Shown one piece after another: positions 1 through 10,464 of a DNA stretch of 64,000 nucleotides. The translations under genes and the position numbers were made by a program. The stretch comes from Candidatus Cloacimonadales bacterium (GTDB taxonomy: Bacteria; Cloacimonadota; Cloacimonadia; Cloacimonadales; JAFGVF01): assembly GCA_963677495.2 (NCBI GenBank), contig CAXXOU010000004.1, positions 192,001-256,000 on the forward strand, written 5' to 3'. The notes beneath the pieces are model-generated. The model saw only the letters and a program-made list of their open reading frames with translations. It had not been told where the DNA came from and ran no database searches. Position 1 is the stretch's first letter; each line of letters opens with the position of its first letter.

Positions 1-86
1 CTGAATGGTAACACCAATCAAATCCAAGCAAATCTTTTAATTCTATTATTACGTAATCCTCAAAAATACAAAATTAGGAGGATAAC

Positions 87-896
87 ATGTTGATCGATAG
101 AATGAAAAGAGAACATCTAAACGAACTCTTCGGTAAATTAAAACTCCTGAATAAGCAGGGGAAAGACCATAATGCAAAGATAGAGCAAATATTAGCATAT
201 TTAGAGATTATACATTCTCATGTGAGAAAGTATTCATTAAAGCGTGAACTTGTTTTCATAGATAGCTGTGCCGGGAACTGTTATTTAAGTTTTCTAGTGT
301 ATTACTTTTACACCGAAATTGAGATGAGAAAAGTAAGGATTCATTGCGTTGATTATAACGATTCATTAATGCAGAAAGCAGAAAGACTAGCTAATGAATT
401 TGGTTTCGAGAATATGCACTTTCATACTAATGATGTTTTAGAGTTCGAAGCACCAACTAACATTAATCTTGTATACTCTCTGCATGCGTGTGATACAGCG
501 ACAGATGCTACATTGTATCTCGGAATTAAGAGCAGGGCAAAGATGATATTATCAGTGTCATGTTGCCAGCATACAATCAAGAAACAGTTTCGAACAAGCA
601 AAAGCAAAGGTATTACAAAGCATAGCATTTTCAAAGATAGATTACTATATATGATTGGTGATTCTATGAGAAGTCTTCTACTGGAGTTAAATGGTTACAC
701 TCCCGGAATCTTTGATTTTGTTTCATCAAGATATACAGACAAGAACATAATGCTTAGAGCAGTACCGGGTAAACTTACCAGAAGTGAAGATGTACTTAAT
801 GATTACAAGAAGATGTATGACGACTACAAGGTTGTACCTGTATTAGAACATTATCTATATAAAGACAGATTGAGAACTAAGCTTGAATCTAGCTAA
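87..896 (+). CDS. SAM-dependent methyltransferase (Methyltransf_32-like)
   Basis: IDSCAGNCYLSF SAM-binding motif, LHACDTATD and SCCQH motifs; AGGAGG RBS upstream. Confidence 0.8.
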   Translation: MLIDRMKREHLNELFGKLKLLNKQGKDHNAKIEQILAYLEIIHSHVRKYSLKRELVFIDSCAGNCYLSFLVYYFYTEIEMRKVRIHCVDYNDSLMQKAERLANEFGFENMHFHTNDVLEFEAPTNINLVYSLHACDTATDATLYLGIKSRAKMILSVSCCQHTIKKQFRTSKSKGITKHSIFKDRLLYMIGDSMRSLLLELNGYTPGIFDFVSSRYTDKNIMLRAVPGKLTRSEDVLNDYKKMYDDYKVVPVLEHYLYKDRLRTKLESS

Positions 897-900
897 ATAT

Positions 901-926
901 AAAAAGGGCTCAACACAGAGCCCTTT
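901..926. terminator. Bidirectional intrinsic terminator
   Basis: AAAAAGGGCTC-aacaca-GAGCCCTTT hairpin between convergent genes. Confidence 0.75.
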
Positions 927-946
927 ATTTATGTATATTAGTATTT

Positions 947-2188
947 TTAGTGAAGTGGGTGGATAAAGAGACCTGAACGAAGTTTTGGCTCGAACCAGGT
1001 AGATTTAGGAGGCATGATTTCTCCTGCATCTGCGATATCCATAAGTTCCTGCATTGATGTTGGGAACATAGAGAAAGCAACTCTTTCACCATTATTAACT
1101 CTCTTTTCAAGTTCAGAGAGACCACGGATTCCACCGATAAAGTCGATTCTCTCGTCTGTACGAGGATCACCGATACCGAGGATAGGGTTAAGTAAGTTCT
1201 CTTGGAGAATAGAAACATCAAGAGCTTTCACAGGGTCATTTGCATCAAATGAATCTGCTTTTGCTGTAAGCTTGTACCAAGTATCATTGATGAACATACC
1301 GAATGTGTGGATTGACTCTGGTTTGTAAGCTTCAGTTCCAACTTCTTCAACATCGAAATGCTTCTTAACAAGCTCAAAATACTCTTCATCACTATGACCA
1401 TTAAGGTCTTTTACAACACGGTTATAATCCATAACATAAAGCTGGTTATCAGGGAAGATAACAGCCATGAAGAAATTATATTCCTCTTCACCTGTGTAGT
1501 TAGGATTCTCTTCTCTAAGACGAAGTCCAACCTTAGCAGCTGAAGCTGTTCTGTGGTGACCGTCAGCAACATAGAGATATGGCATTGCTTCAAACGCAGC
1601 AGAGATAGCTTTAATATCTTCTTCGTTATCCATAAGCCATAATGTGTGTTTAACACCATCATCAGCTGTGAAGTCGTATTCCGGAGCTTTCTCGATTGTT
1701 TTACTTACAATCGCATCAATTTCATCTTTATGCGGATATGTGAAGAACACAGGAGAAGCGTGAGCAGCACAGGTATAAACGTGTTTGATTCTATCAGCTT
1801 CTTTTGCTGCGCGTGTAAGCTCATGTTTCTTAATTATATTGTTCATATAATCATCAACAGCAGTACAACCAACAAGACCAACCTGAGAAACGTCACCCAT
1901 GATTTCACGGTATACATAAAACATTGGTTTTTCATCTTGTGCCATGTGTCCGTCAGTAACATATTTATCTAAATTTTCTTTGGCTTTGAGATATACTTCT
2001 TCAGCATAATGGTCGATATCTAATGGTAAATCAACTTCAGGTTTCTCAACATGGATATAGCTAAGAGGGTTCTTCTTAACTTCTTCACGTGCTTCATCTG
2101 AATTCATTACATCATATGGTAAAGAAGCAATATCTTTTGCTTTGCCTTTAACAGGTCTTACAGCTTTAAAAGGTCTGAATACTGGCAT
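947..2188 (-). CDS. DUF1015 family protein (ParB/Srx-like fold)
   Basis: PYDV, IKKHELTR, YVADGHHRTASA and MPPKSTWFEPKLRSGL motifs. Confidence 0.9.
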   Translation of the reverse strand: MPVFRPFKAVRPVKGKAKDIASLPYDVMNSDEAREEVKKNPLSYIHVEKPEVDLPLDIDHYAEEVYLKAKENLDKYVTDGHMAQDEKPMFYVYREIMGDVSQVGLVGCTAVDDYMNNIIKKHELTRAAKEADRIKHVYTCAAHASPVFFTYPHKDEIDAIVSKTIEKAPEYDFTADDGVKHTLWLMDNEEDIKAISAAFEAMPYLYVADGHHRTASAAKVGLRLREENPNYTGEEEYNFFMAVIFPDNQLYVMDYNRVVKDLNGHSDEEYFELVKKHFDVEEVGTEAYKPESIHTFGMFINDTWYKLTAKADSFDANDPVKALDVSILQENLLNPILGIGDPRTDERIDFIGGIRGLSELEKRVNNGERVAFSMFPTSMQELMDIADAGEIMPPKSTWFEPKLRSGLFIHPLH

Positions 2189-2287
2189 ACAGTTTCTCCT
2201 TAAATATTTTTTATTAGTTTATGTGTTACTTGAATTACATCTATGATTTATGTCAATTAAATGTTGTATGAAGTTTAATTAGTATGA

Positions 2288-3961
2288 CTACTTCATAATA
2301 ACTACTTTTCTTGTAGCCGAACTGTTGCTGCCTTCTACCTTTAGAAAGAAAACTCCATTTGGTAAATCTTTAGTGTCGATCATATAATCACTAGATCTGT
2401 TTGTAGAAACCTTTCTTTTTAGTTGCCCTTTAATATTATAAAGTAAGATTGCTAGTGCATCATCAGGTTTTTCCAACTGAATCCTAAGTTCGTTTTTTAC
2501 AGGATTTGGGTACAATGTATAAACCGGAGCTGAAATAACCTCTTCATCAATTCCACTGTTATAGTCAGTTGTCAAAGTTATTTGCATGTTTTCATTAGCT
2601 CCAATATCAGCCCTAACGTAGCATATGTTTGAAGTTTCCCTTCTGATTATCTGTTGAATTGTACCGTTTTGGCAAGAATAACCAAATTCTCCAGAAGGCA
2701 TTTCAAACTTCAGTTTTATGTCATCAAATGTTAATGAGTAATTGTTCAAAATTGTTGCTGTAACTTCGTCATGTTCCTGATTAGCTGAGTAAGAAACATT
2801 GAAAGCATTACCATCATAACCTGCATAGACTGTATGGTGCGGTTGCAAAGTATCGTTATTCATACTAATAAATCGCATCGCTCTTGTGTTGCTTCCGGCA
2901 TTATCAGTGCCCAGATTGTATGGTTGTGAGTATATACTCCCCTCATTATGGTGTATATGACCGTAAAGAGCCATTTCAACTCCAAGATTGCTTAGGTTGA
3001 GCTCTTCATCGAAGTCATAGTGATAGAAGAGAATCTGATTAATTGTATCATCATGGACAGATAGCTCATTCTGTAACCATTGAATCTGCCTATCCGTGAA
3101 ACTGGTATCACCATATCGTAACCAGAAATAGTCTTCATAGTTAATATAAGATTCCAAGCCCACGAACAGGTTATCACCGTATTTAAATGAATAGTTTTGG
3201 GTATAGTAGAATTCAGATTGAGGAGGATTAGCTAATCTTTCCCAACCAAAGAATCTCCACCAGTTGTATCGGGCAGTTCCTAATGGGGGAGGAGTAGAAT
3301 CCCAACCTCCAATATCATGATTCCCGGAAACGAGATATACAGGAACTTCCAGCTCACCTAAGACTCTTTTAGCTTTTGTGAAATACTCTCTACTATCAAA
3401 CTCTTCCAATTCACCTTCATGAATCAAATCTCCGGTTAGGAGAACAAACTCAGGGTCAATGATGTTCACATCCTCTATTAATGCTCTTAAGTCCATAGTA
3501 TTGGTAGAATCGGACTCTGAGCCATTCTCATAGTAGTACATGTAAGTTGGTAAATGGGTATCTGTTATCTGTACGAATTTATAGTTATCTTTAAACTCAG
3601 GTATGATATATACTGAATTTCGAGAAGTATCTTCTTCAACTCCATCAGCATTTACATAAAGGTCGTAAAGTTCAAAGATTTCCGGTACCGGTGTTGTAAC
3701 TTCAATAAACCATCTTTCATATCCTGAAGAATAACTTGCTGAATTAATTGACAATGGTAAGACAATATCATCAAATCTTAGTTCTACTTCCCAGTTTTGT
3801 GTCTGTGGAGGTGCATTACATTCAATGTTGAATACTTCTCCCGGTGTAGCAATTTGAGGTACACTAAGGATTGGTCTCTGTATCACAGTTAGGACATCCC
3901 CAATAGCGAATGCAAAAGAAGTGAGGAATGCTAAATATATAATTAATGTTAATCTTTTCAT
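2288..3961 (-). CDS. Secreted metallophosphoesterase with C-terminal T9SS-like sorting domain
   Basis: Signal peptide; DTH, TGD, GNHD, GHIH calcineurin-like motifs; YPNP...YNIKGQ...LPNGVFF...KVVIMK tail. Confidence 0.8.
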   Translation of the reverse strand: MKRLTLIIYLAFLTSFAFAIGDVLTVIQRPILSVPQIATPGEVFNIECNAPPQTQNWEVELRFDDIVLPLSINSASYSSGYERWFIEVTTPVPEIFELYDLYVNADGVEEDTSRNSVYIIPEFKDNYKFVQITDTHLPTYMYYYENGSESDSTNTMDLRALIEDVNIIDPEFVLLTGDLIHEGELEEFDSREYFTKAKRVLGELEVPVYLVSGNHDIGGWDSTPPPLGTARYNWWRFFGWERLANPPQSEFYYTQNYSFKYGDNLFVGLESYINYEDYFWLRYGDTSFTDRQIQWLQNELSVHDDTINQILFYHYDFDEELNLSNLGVEMALYGHIHHNEGSIYSQPYNLGTDNAGSNTRAMRFISMNNDTLQPHHTVYAGYDGNAFNVSYSANQEHDEVTATILNNYSLTFDDIKLKFEMPSGEFGYSCQNGTIQQIIRRETSNICYVRADIGANENMQITLTTDYNSGIDEEVISAPVYTLYPNPVKNELRIQLEKPDDALAILLYNIKGQLKRKVSTNRSSDYMIDTKDLPNGVFFLKVEGSNSSATRKVVIMK

Positions 3962-3997
3962 AAGTATAAGTTAAGTTTTGTTAAGGATTCTGCAAGT

Positions 3998-5263
3998 TTA
4001 CTGTCTAATAATATCAATGGTTTGTACTTTACCTGCTTTGATCGCAGGTACTAAAGTAGCAATGAAACTTATGATAAGACAGATTGCAGAGATAACTATA
4101 AAGTCGATTGCTCTTGGTTCAATTGGTAGTGCATTCATAGGAAGATTGCCGGTCGGTATCTTAATCAAGTGCCATCTGTTTTGGACATACATAAATAGGG
4201 TAGCTAAAGCTATTCCTAATGCTGTTCCGCTAATGCCAATTGTCATTCCCTGACGAAGATATATACTGAATATATCTTTTTTAGTACATCCGAGTGATTT
4301 CAAGATACCAATCTCTTTTCTTTGTCTCACAATCATCTTAGCAAAGTTTCCGGTAAGGTTGAAAGATGTAATGATAATCATCAATGATAGGATTGCCATC
4401 ATTACAACTTTCTCAAGTTTCATAGCACTATAAAGGTTTCTATCAAAGCTGCTCCATGGTTGAAAATCGTAGTTAGGATACAAGGTTGTAAGTTCATTAG
4501 CTAGAGTATCTATCTCTCTGGGATTATATGTTTTCACTTCAAGGAACTGAATTTCATCTTGTTGAACATTCTCTAGGAAATAGGAGCAGTTTCCCAAACT
4601 AGTATATGCAAAAATATTATCATATTCAGGCATTCCGGATATAAACAGACCGGCAACCTTCAAGTCTTTTGATTTAGGCATCAGACCAAAGGCTGTTGGA
4701 ATTGTACCAATAGGGGAGAGCACTTTGACAACATCTCCAGGCATTGCTCTTAACTGCATTGCTAAGTCATAACCAAGTATGATAGAATCTTCCGGATAAC
4801 TGCCATCTGAACGGTACCCACTAAACATCCCTCTTCTAATCTCATCTGATTCAATACTAAAGTTTTTAGGATACTGACTGAATACTGGAGAAATTTGCTC
4901 TTGATGTTTTAACTCAGCACCATAAAGTACTACACCAGCACTGTTTTCCCCCTTCATAATCATGAGCTCAGCTCTATTCCCGGGCGCTACAACATCAATT
5001 TTAGGATGCTTTAAAAGGGCTTTCATAAAATCATGATAATCTTTCATTGGTGTCTTATCATGATTTCTAACTATCATCTCAGATTTCATACCAATGATAC
5101 GTTCCATTATATCTCTATCGAAACCGTTCATTACTGCAGACACTGAAAGGTAAGCAAATACACCAATCACTATACCAATAAATGGCATCAGATGAGTTCT
5201 TTTAAAGAAATTTCGCTTCCTGTTGAGAAGTAATGTTCTGGAAATATATGATGGATAATTCAC
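3998..5263 (-). CDS. lolE: LolC/E-family lipoprotein-releasing ABC permease
   Basis: N-terminal TM, AVMNGF, periplasmic domain, EIGILKSLG, C-terminal TMs ending VPAIKAGK. Confidence 0.8.
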   Translation of the reverse strand: MNYPSYISRTLLLNRKRNFFKRTHLMPFIGIVIGVFAYLSVSAVMNGFDRDIMERIIGMKSEMIVRNHDKTPMKDYHDFMKALLKHPKIDVVAPGNRAELMIMKGENSAGVVLYGAELKHQEQISPVFSQYPKNFSIESDEIRRGMFSGYRSDGSYPEDSIILGYDLAMQLRAMPGDVVKVLSPIGTIPTAFGLMPKSKDLKVAGLFISGMPEYDNIFAYTSLGNCSYFLENVQQDEIQFLEVKTYNPREIDTLANELTTLYPNYDFQPWSSFDRNLYSAMKLEKVVMMAILSLMIIITSFNLTGNFAKMIVRQRKEIGILKSLGCTKKDIFSIYLRQGMTIGISGTALGIALATLFMYVQNRWHLIKIPTGNLPMNALPIEPRAIDFIVISAICLIISFIATLVPAIKAGKVQTIDIIRQ

Positions 5264-5265
5264 TG

Positions 5266-5838
5266 CTACTCTGTAAGGGCTTTGATTAGATTTACAGCAG
5301 TTAAAAGGTCTGGTGCAATAAAATCAGGTTTTACCTTCCAAGTATCTCTGTTTTCAAAGAATTCTTTTTTACCATTACCCGTCAAAACTAAGATTGTCTG
5401 AAGCTTAGCATTATGTCCAAACTCAATGTCAGAATACTTATCTCCAATCATCCAGGATTTTGCAGCATCAATATCATGCTCCTGACAGGCAACTTTAAAC
5501 ATCCCAATATCAGGTTTTCGACAACTGCTTGAAACATTGTATGGTTCTACAACTCCCTCTTTATGGTAGGGACAGTAGTATACAGCATCTATATGTGCAT
5601 TAGAGTCTTTTAAGTTCATATGCATCTTCTCATGAATAGCATCTAAATCCTCAGGTGTATAATACCCTCTAGCTACTCCGCTTTGATTAGTAACAATAAT
5701 TGCTTTAAATCCCATTGCATTGATTGAGCTAACAGCTTCTCCTGCAAAAGAGTATAGCTCGAAAGCCTCGGGAGTGCTTATGTAACCATGCTTATCCATG
5801 TTGATTGTGCCATCGCGATCCATGAAAACAGCTTTCAT
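5266..5838 (-). CDS. gmhB: D-glycero-D-manno-heptose 1,7-bisphosphate phosphatase
   Basis: DRDGTIN, VTNQSGVARG, CPYH...CRKP, MIGDKYSD. Confidence 0.85.
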   Translation of the reverse strand: MKAVFMDRDGTINMDKHGYISTPEAFELYSFAGEAVSSINAMGFKAIIVTNQSGVARGYYTPEDLDAIHEKMHMNLKDSNAHIDAVYYCPYHKEGVVEPYNVSSSCRKPDIGMFKVACQEHDIDAAKSWMIGDKYSDIEFGHNAKLQTILVLTGNGKKEFFENRDTWKVKPDFIAPDLLTAVNLIKALTE

Positions 5839-5849
5839 TGTTTTAACCT

Positions 5850-8231
5850 CTAGTAATACTTCTTATGCCCTTTAGTCTCTATTTTCAGATCATCTTGCAG
5901 CTTAATGTTGAAGAACACTAGCTTATAATCCCAATAATCATTTGATCGATTATATGACAGAGTAAGTCTCCAACAGTGTAAATCTCTTGTCAGATTCAAT
6001 GTCTGAGAAACAATTCTTTTATCTTCTACATTTATATAATTACTATAGGATACATTCCAGTTTTTAGTTAAATTAAAGCTACTCGATAGTCTCAAATTTT
6101 GTGTTTTCGGTTCAAAGAATTTAACTTCGGAGCTCATATCATGAGTTAGAGTAACCTTCCATGAATTGGTCTCTGAAATCTTTTGAAGTTCCTCCAGAGT
6201 TAGTTCACCCTCACCATTAACTGTCTCTACTTTATGGTCTGCAAGAGGATTAGAAGGATTCCTAAAGTAATCATAATAGTTTGTATCACCACTAACTGAG
6301 AAGGATTGGTTAAAGCTCCAATCTCTAGCTTTCCAGTCCAGCCAACTCATCTCATATGGAGTTTGCTTAAATCTAACTGAGTTATTGTATGATATTGGTG
6401 TTTTACCAACTTTAAAACTTTTTGGTCTGAACTGAATATAGTGCGATAGATCGGAAAACTCTTTCTCATCTTTCTCTAAGTCATAGCTACAACTACTTGT
6501 CATGCTAAGAAGGTTGTTATAGGTTTTCTCCTTCTCAGTTTCTTTATCAAAGACTTTCAACTGCCATTCCTGACCTAGTGATAAATTGACTCTTCTACTT
6601 CGGTCACCTGTGTTTGGAGAAACTCCACCAAAAGAATAATAATCTCCGGCATGTTTAGAAAAGTCAGGTTTATAACTAAAGCTAACTGACGGTTTGAGGA
6701 TGTGTCGCATCGCTTTGAAATAGGAATGATTAAACTTCCTGTATCCGTAAATAGTGGTACTTAGCTTGGTTGAAGTGTTATAATCTCCGGCTCTTCCAAT
6801 GCTATCATCCACTTTACTTCGGTCAAAAATATATTCGTTATAATTAAAGCTCTGTGAGAATACAAGCCAGTTCATAAGCTTGTCAGAGTAATAGATTGTA
6901 CCTTTTATCGCAGCACCGGCGTGATGCTCATTGATATAAACACCGGTTGTGTCCTTTTCGTTGTTCCAAATAATATCAGAGAACTCAGGATCTTCCTCTT
7001 TAACTGTTCCGGTATGCACTGCCATAAAGCTACTACTTACATTGAACTTAGTCCACCAGGCATTTCTATTCACTTTGCTGTCTTTCGTTGTAAAGAATTC
7101 ATAGATAGGCTTAGAAGGAAGTGAATAGGAAGCTTTTGGTAAGGTAATCGATTTAGTTTCGTTCAAAAAATCATCGGTATAGTTTGCACTCAAACTAAGT
7201 GTTGAACTGAGTAATGGTTTACTAAAAGACATAGAAGATGTGATACGCTCAGAAAGACGCTTATCTATGTCCTCTTCACTTTCCCAAATCTGTTTACTTG
7301 TAACATAGTTCAGGTTTACTCGTAAGGTAGTCTTATTACCGAAATCATGAAAATGGGTAGCATTTACAACCCAGTCATCAGTTGCTTTTCCAATGTCAGT
7401 AACTCTGTGGTTATACGTAAAATCAACCCCACCATTGTAGATATACCTTTTCTTATAATCACTATCAAAATTGAAGTTCCAGCCACGTAACTCAGTTAAA
7501 TCAAGACTGAAGATGAAGTCTGCATAATCTTTGTAGGGATAGTAATATGCAACATTTTCAATGTATTTTCCATCTTCGTTGTTATATCCCGGCTGGGGTA
7601 CTAGGAATCCGGGTTTTCTCCCTCGTTTTGCTGGGAATGAAGCATAAGGTAGCCATAACAATGGAAACTCATTCACATACATAACAAGTGGGCGTCCCAA
7701 TATTTGTTCATTTACATAGACTCTTAGCTTCTTTGATTTCATGTAGAAGTGTGGATGCTCTTCTTCACAAGTTGTGAACTTACCATCATCTATATCGTAT
7801 ATCTTTTTGCCTACTTTTCTAATCTCGTTTCCTGAATAGAATCCCTGCTCAAATTTACCAATCCCGTTAAAGAGTATTCCCTCCTCAGTGTTAACATCAT
7901 AATAGGTGTCATGACCTATCATGAGCTGGGTTCCATCTTCCATGCGAGTCAAACCCTTTGTGAATGCTTTCCTATTTTCAAGGTCAACGATTATGGAATC
8001 CGATTCAATATTATAGTTTTTATACTCAATTTCTGCATTGCTGTACAGCTGTATTATTTGTTTGTCATAATTTGTACTTAAACTATCTGCCGAGAAGAGG
8101 ATGGAATCTGCCTTAGCTCTCTCGATACGGAGAGTGTCTCCAACGCTAATAACAGCGGGAGTTACCTGACTAAATGCACTTGTAGTCAGTATTAATATGT
8201 ATATTAGTGATGCGATAGTCTTCTTAATCAT
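5850..8231 (-). CDS. lptD: LPS assembly protein LptD-like outer-membrane protein
   Basis: Signal peptide (start taken at MIKK), GKFTTC...PHF, RKPGFLVP, C-terminal LTRDLHCW barrel motif. Confidence 0.8.
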   Translation of the reverse strand: MIKKTIASLIYILILTTSAFSQVTPAVISVGDTLRIERAKADSILFSADSLSTNYDKQIIQLYSNAEIEYKNYNIESDSIIVDLENRKAFTKGLTRMEDGTQLMIGHDTYYDVNTEEGILFNGIGKFEQGFYSGNEIRKVGKKIYDIDDGKFTTCEEEHPHFYMKSKKLRVYVNEQILGRPLVMYVNEFPLLWLPYASFPAKRGRKPGFLVPQPGYNNEDGKYIENVAYYYPYKDYADFIFSLDLTELRGWNFNFDSDYKKRYIYNGGVDFTYNHRVTDIGKATDDWVVNATHFHDFGNKTTLRVNLNYVTSKQIWESEEDIDKRLSERITSSMSFSKPLLSSTLSLSANYTDDFLNETKSITLPKASYSLPSKPIYEFFTTKDSKVNRNAWWTKFNVSSSFMAVHTGTVKEEDPEFSDIIWNNEKDTTGVYINEHHAGAAIKGTIYYSDKLMNWLVFSQSFNYNEYIFDRSKVDDSIGRAGDYNTSTKLSTTIYGYRKFNHSYFKAMRHILKPSVSFSYKPDFSKHAGDYYSFGGVSPNTGDRSRRVNLSLGQEWQLKVFDKETEKEKTYNNLLSMTSSCSYDLEKDEKEFSDLSHYIQFRPKSFKVGKTPISYNNSVRFKQTPYEMSWLDWKARDWSFNQSFSVSGDTNYYDYFRNPSNPLADHKVETVNGEGELTLEELQKISETNSWKVTLTHDMSSEVKFFEPKTQNLRLSSSFNLTKNWNVSYSNYINVEDKRIVSQTLNLTRDLHCWRLTLSYNRSNDYWDYKLVFFNIKLQDDLKIETKGHKKYY

Positions 8232-8382
8232 ATTCAAAACAGTTAAAAAGAGCAAGCTCTTTGTGTCAAGTAGAGGATTAAAGCTAGCTTTATGGTTTCA
8301 ATCGACTGCTTGTCAGGGCATAGCTTTTAACGAAGACTGATGTCGGTTTCAAATTGTAACTTCAAGTCAACTACTTCTCTTT

Positions 8383-8522
8383 ACTTAATCGCATCAAGAA
8401 CTTTATTGCACCGTTAAATAAGTTATGCACACGATGTGGATAACTTTAGGGGTTCATAGGGAGGGTCTAGGGAGGCTATAGGGAGGGACAAGCGAGATTC
8501 AAGGTTTTTGAAGCGATTAAGT
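8383..8522. repeat. Inverted-repeat-bounded element with DnaA-box-like palindrome and 11-bp-period array (copy A)
   Basis: IR 8383-8401/8504-8522; TTATGCACA-cga-TGTGGATAA 8423-8443; TAGG/AAG cores at 8457, 8468, 8479, 8490, 8501. Confidence 0.75.
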
Positions 8523-9016
8523 TAAGGATTCCTAAGGACTCCAAGAGATTCATTAGGTATATGATTCCAATTTTTTCTTGGAATTGTGTTCTTAAGAGCA
8601 AAGGTTGGCCTTTTTTTTGAAAGTGCGTTCTCCAGTTGGTTGTGGTATACATCTTGAAAGAGTGAAAATTGGGGATGATTCGGAGAAATGCATAATGCTT
8701 TTCACGAGTTCAAGACGGTGGATTATGAGTATACATTTACAATCCTACATGCCCTTAATTATAAAATATTATCAAGTTCTAACAAAATAAGTCACTTAAG
8801 ACATGTATTTAGAAAAAAGAAGTATCTATGAGAACAAACTCTTTGATATTTCTTCGTTACAATATGGGTGTCACATATTAACAATAATTGATTAAGTACA
8901 GATTGATAGAGATTTCCCTTGACAGTAATGCTTTACAAACATTTGCTATAATATAGGTATATTCATTGAAGCGGACTCATAAATGAGGTGATGTTACCTA
9001 CTTATTGGAGGAGCGG

Positions 9017-9961
9017 ATGAAAGAAAAAGTCATTCTGATGGTAAATTCGGAAAAGAAGCGAGAACAGTTGAAAACAGTGTTGAATGAAAAATATTCAGTA
9101 AAGATTAGTGAAATATTTTCTGAGCTTCCAACTGACGGGCACTATGTGATTCTTGACGATGCCACCAGAGACGATCAAGCGAATTTGACTAAGCATTTAA
9201 TCAAATCAAATAATGAACTTAAGAAAACAAACCTGCATTTAGAGCAACGCTTAAGAATGAAGAGTTCAGAGTTGATGGAGATGCAAAAAGAGTTAGAGAC
9301 ATTAAGTAAATCTATATCATACGACTTGAGAACACCGTTGAGAGCAATCTCCGGATTTGGGCAGTTGATACTTGAGGAATATAGTTCGAGTTTTGATGAT
9401 GAAGGGAAACGTTTAAGTGATATTGTTAATAACAATGTAGCAAGAATGAACGATTTGATAGATGCATTACTCAACTACTCTTACTTTAACAGATATGAGA
9501 TACAACCTGTAGATATCAATATGAATAAAATGGTGCAATCTGTATACAAAGAATTGACTACAGCAGTAGTACGTGACAAGATTGATTTGACAATTGAGAA
9601 TTTGCCAAACGCTTATGGTGACCCATTGCTCATTCGAAAAGTATGGTATATCCTATTAGCTAATGCTATAAAGTATACACAATATAATCAGAAAAGAGCC
9701 ATTTCAATAACTGCTAAAGAGCTAAGCAAAGAGTTTGTTTATAAGATAAAAGATAATGGTGTTGGATTTGATATGGAATACTCCGATAAGTTGTTTAACG
9801 CTTTCCAAAAATTGCATAGTGAGATACAATTCCCTGGGGTAGGTATGGGACTTGCCTTAGCAAAAAGAGCCATTAAGTTACATAAAGGATTAATATGGGG
9901 AGAAGGAGCAATCGATAAAGGTGCTTCATTCCAGTTTACAATCCCGAAGTTTAAAGTGTGA
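9017..9961 (+). CDS. Cytoplasmic sensor histidine kinase-like protein (H-box His replaced by Tyr)
   Basis: SISYDLRTPLRAISGF H-box, NAIKY, DNGVGFD, GVGMGLA; start at ATG after GGAGGAG. Confidence 0.85.
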   Translation: MKEKVILMVNSEKKREQLKTVLNEKYSVKISEIFSELPTDGHYVILDDATRDDQANLTKHLIKSNNELKKTNLHLEQRLRMKSSELMEMQKELETLSKSISYDLRTPLRAISGFGQLILEEYSSSFDDEGKRLSDIVNNNVARMNDLIDALLNYSYFNRYEIQPVDINMNKMVQSVYKELTTAVVRDKIDLTIENLPNAYGDPLLIRKVWYILLANAIKYTQYNQKRAISITAKELSKEFVYKIKDNGVGFDMEYSDKLFNAFQKLHSEIQFPGVGMGLALAKRAIKLHKGLIWGEGAIDKGASFQFTIPKFKV

Positions 9962-10013
9962 TTAAGCGTGGCTAGGAAAAGAGTGCAATACCCGGTGATA
10001 TTGGAGGTAGTAT

Positions 10014-10451
10014 ATGAAAAACTCATGTGATATGTTGTTAGTTGAAGATAATCCTAATGATGCAGAACTTATAATGAGAGCTTTAGTACGAGAAAAGATT
10101 TCTGATCGTATAGTACATTTGGAAGATGGTGCAGAGATTATTGATTACCTTCTCGGAAGAGATAAGTACAAAGATCGTGATACAACAATGCAACCGAAAG
10201 TAATCATACTTGACTTAAAACTACCAAAGATGACTGGTTTGGAAGTTTTGGAAGTGTTACGGGAGAATGAAACTACAGAGTTAATACCGATAGTTATTGT
10301 AACGTCGTCAATGGAAGACTGTGATGTTGAGAGAGCATACTCTCTCGGAGTTAACAGCTTTATTGTTAAACCTGTTGATTTTAACAAGTTTATAAAGTCT
10401 ATTAAGATGGTTGGTGATTACTGGCTAAATACAAATCATCAACCATATTAG
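10014..10451 (+). CDS. Single-domain response regulator (Rcp1-like)
   Basis: LLVEDNPND, ILDLKLPKMTGLEVL, GVNSFIVKPVDF...YW. Confidence 0.9.
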   Translation: MKNSCDMLLVEDNPNDAELIMRALVREKISDRIVHLEDGAEIIDYLLGRDKYKDRDTTMQPKVIILDLKLPKMTGLEVLEVLRENETTELIPIVIVTSSMEDCDVERAYSLGVNSFIVKPVDFNKFIKSIKMVGDYWLNTNHQPY

Positions 10452-10464
10452 GCAGAGGAATGTT

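Noticed and set aside
8950..9005. Possible riboswitch upstream of the kinase (TAGGTA...TACCTA with an inner CTCAT/ATGAG hairpin)
   Set aside because: Pairing is short and I could not match it to a known consensus.
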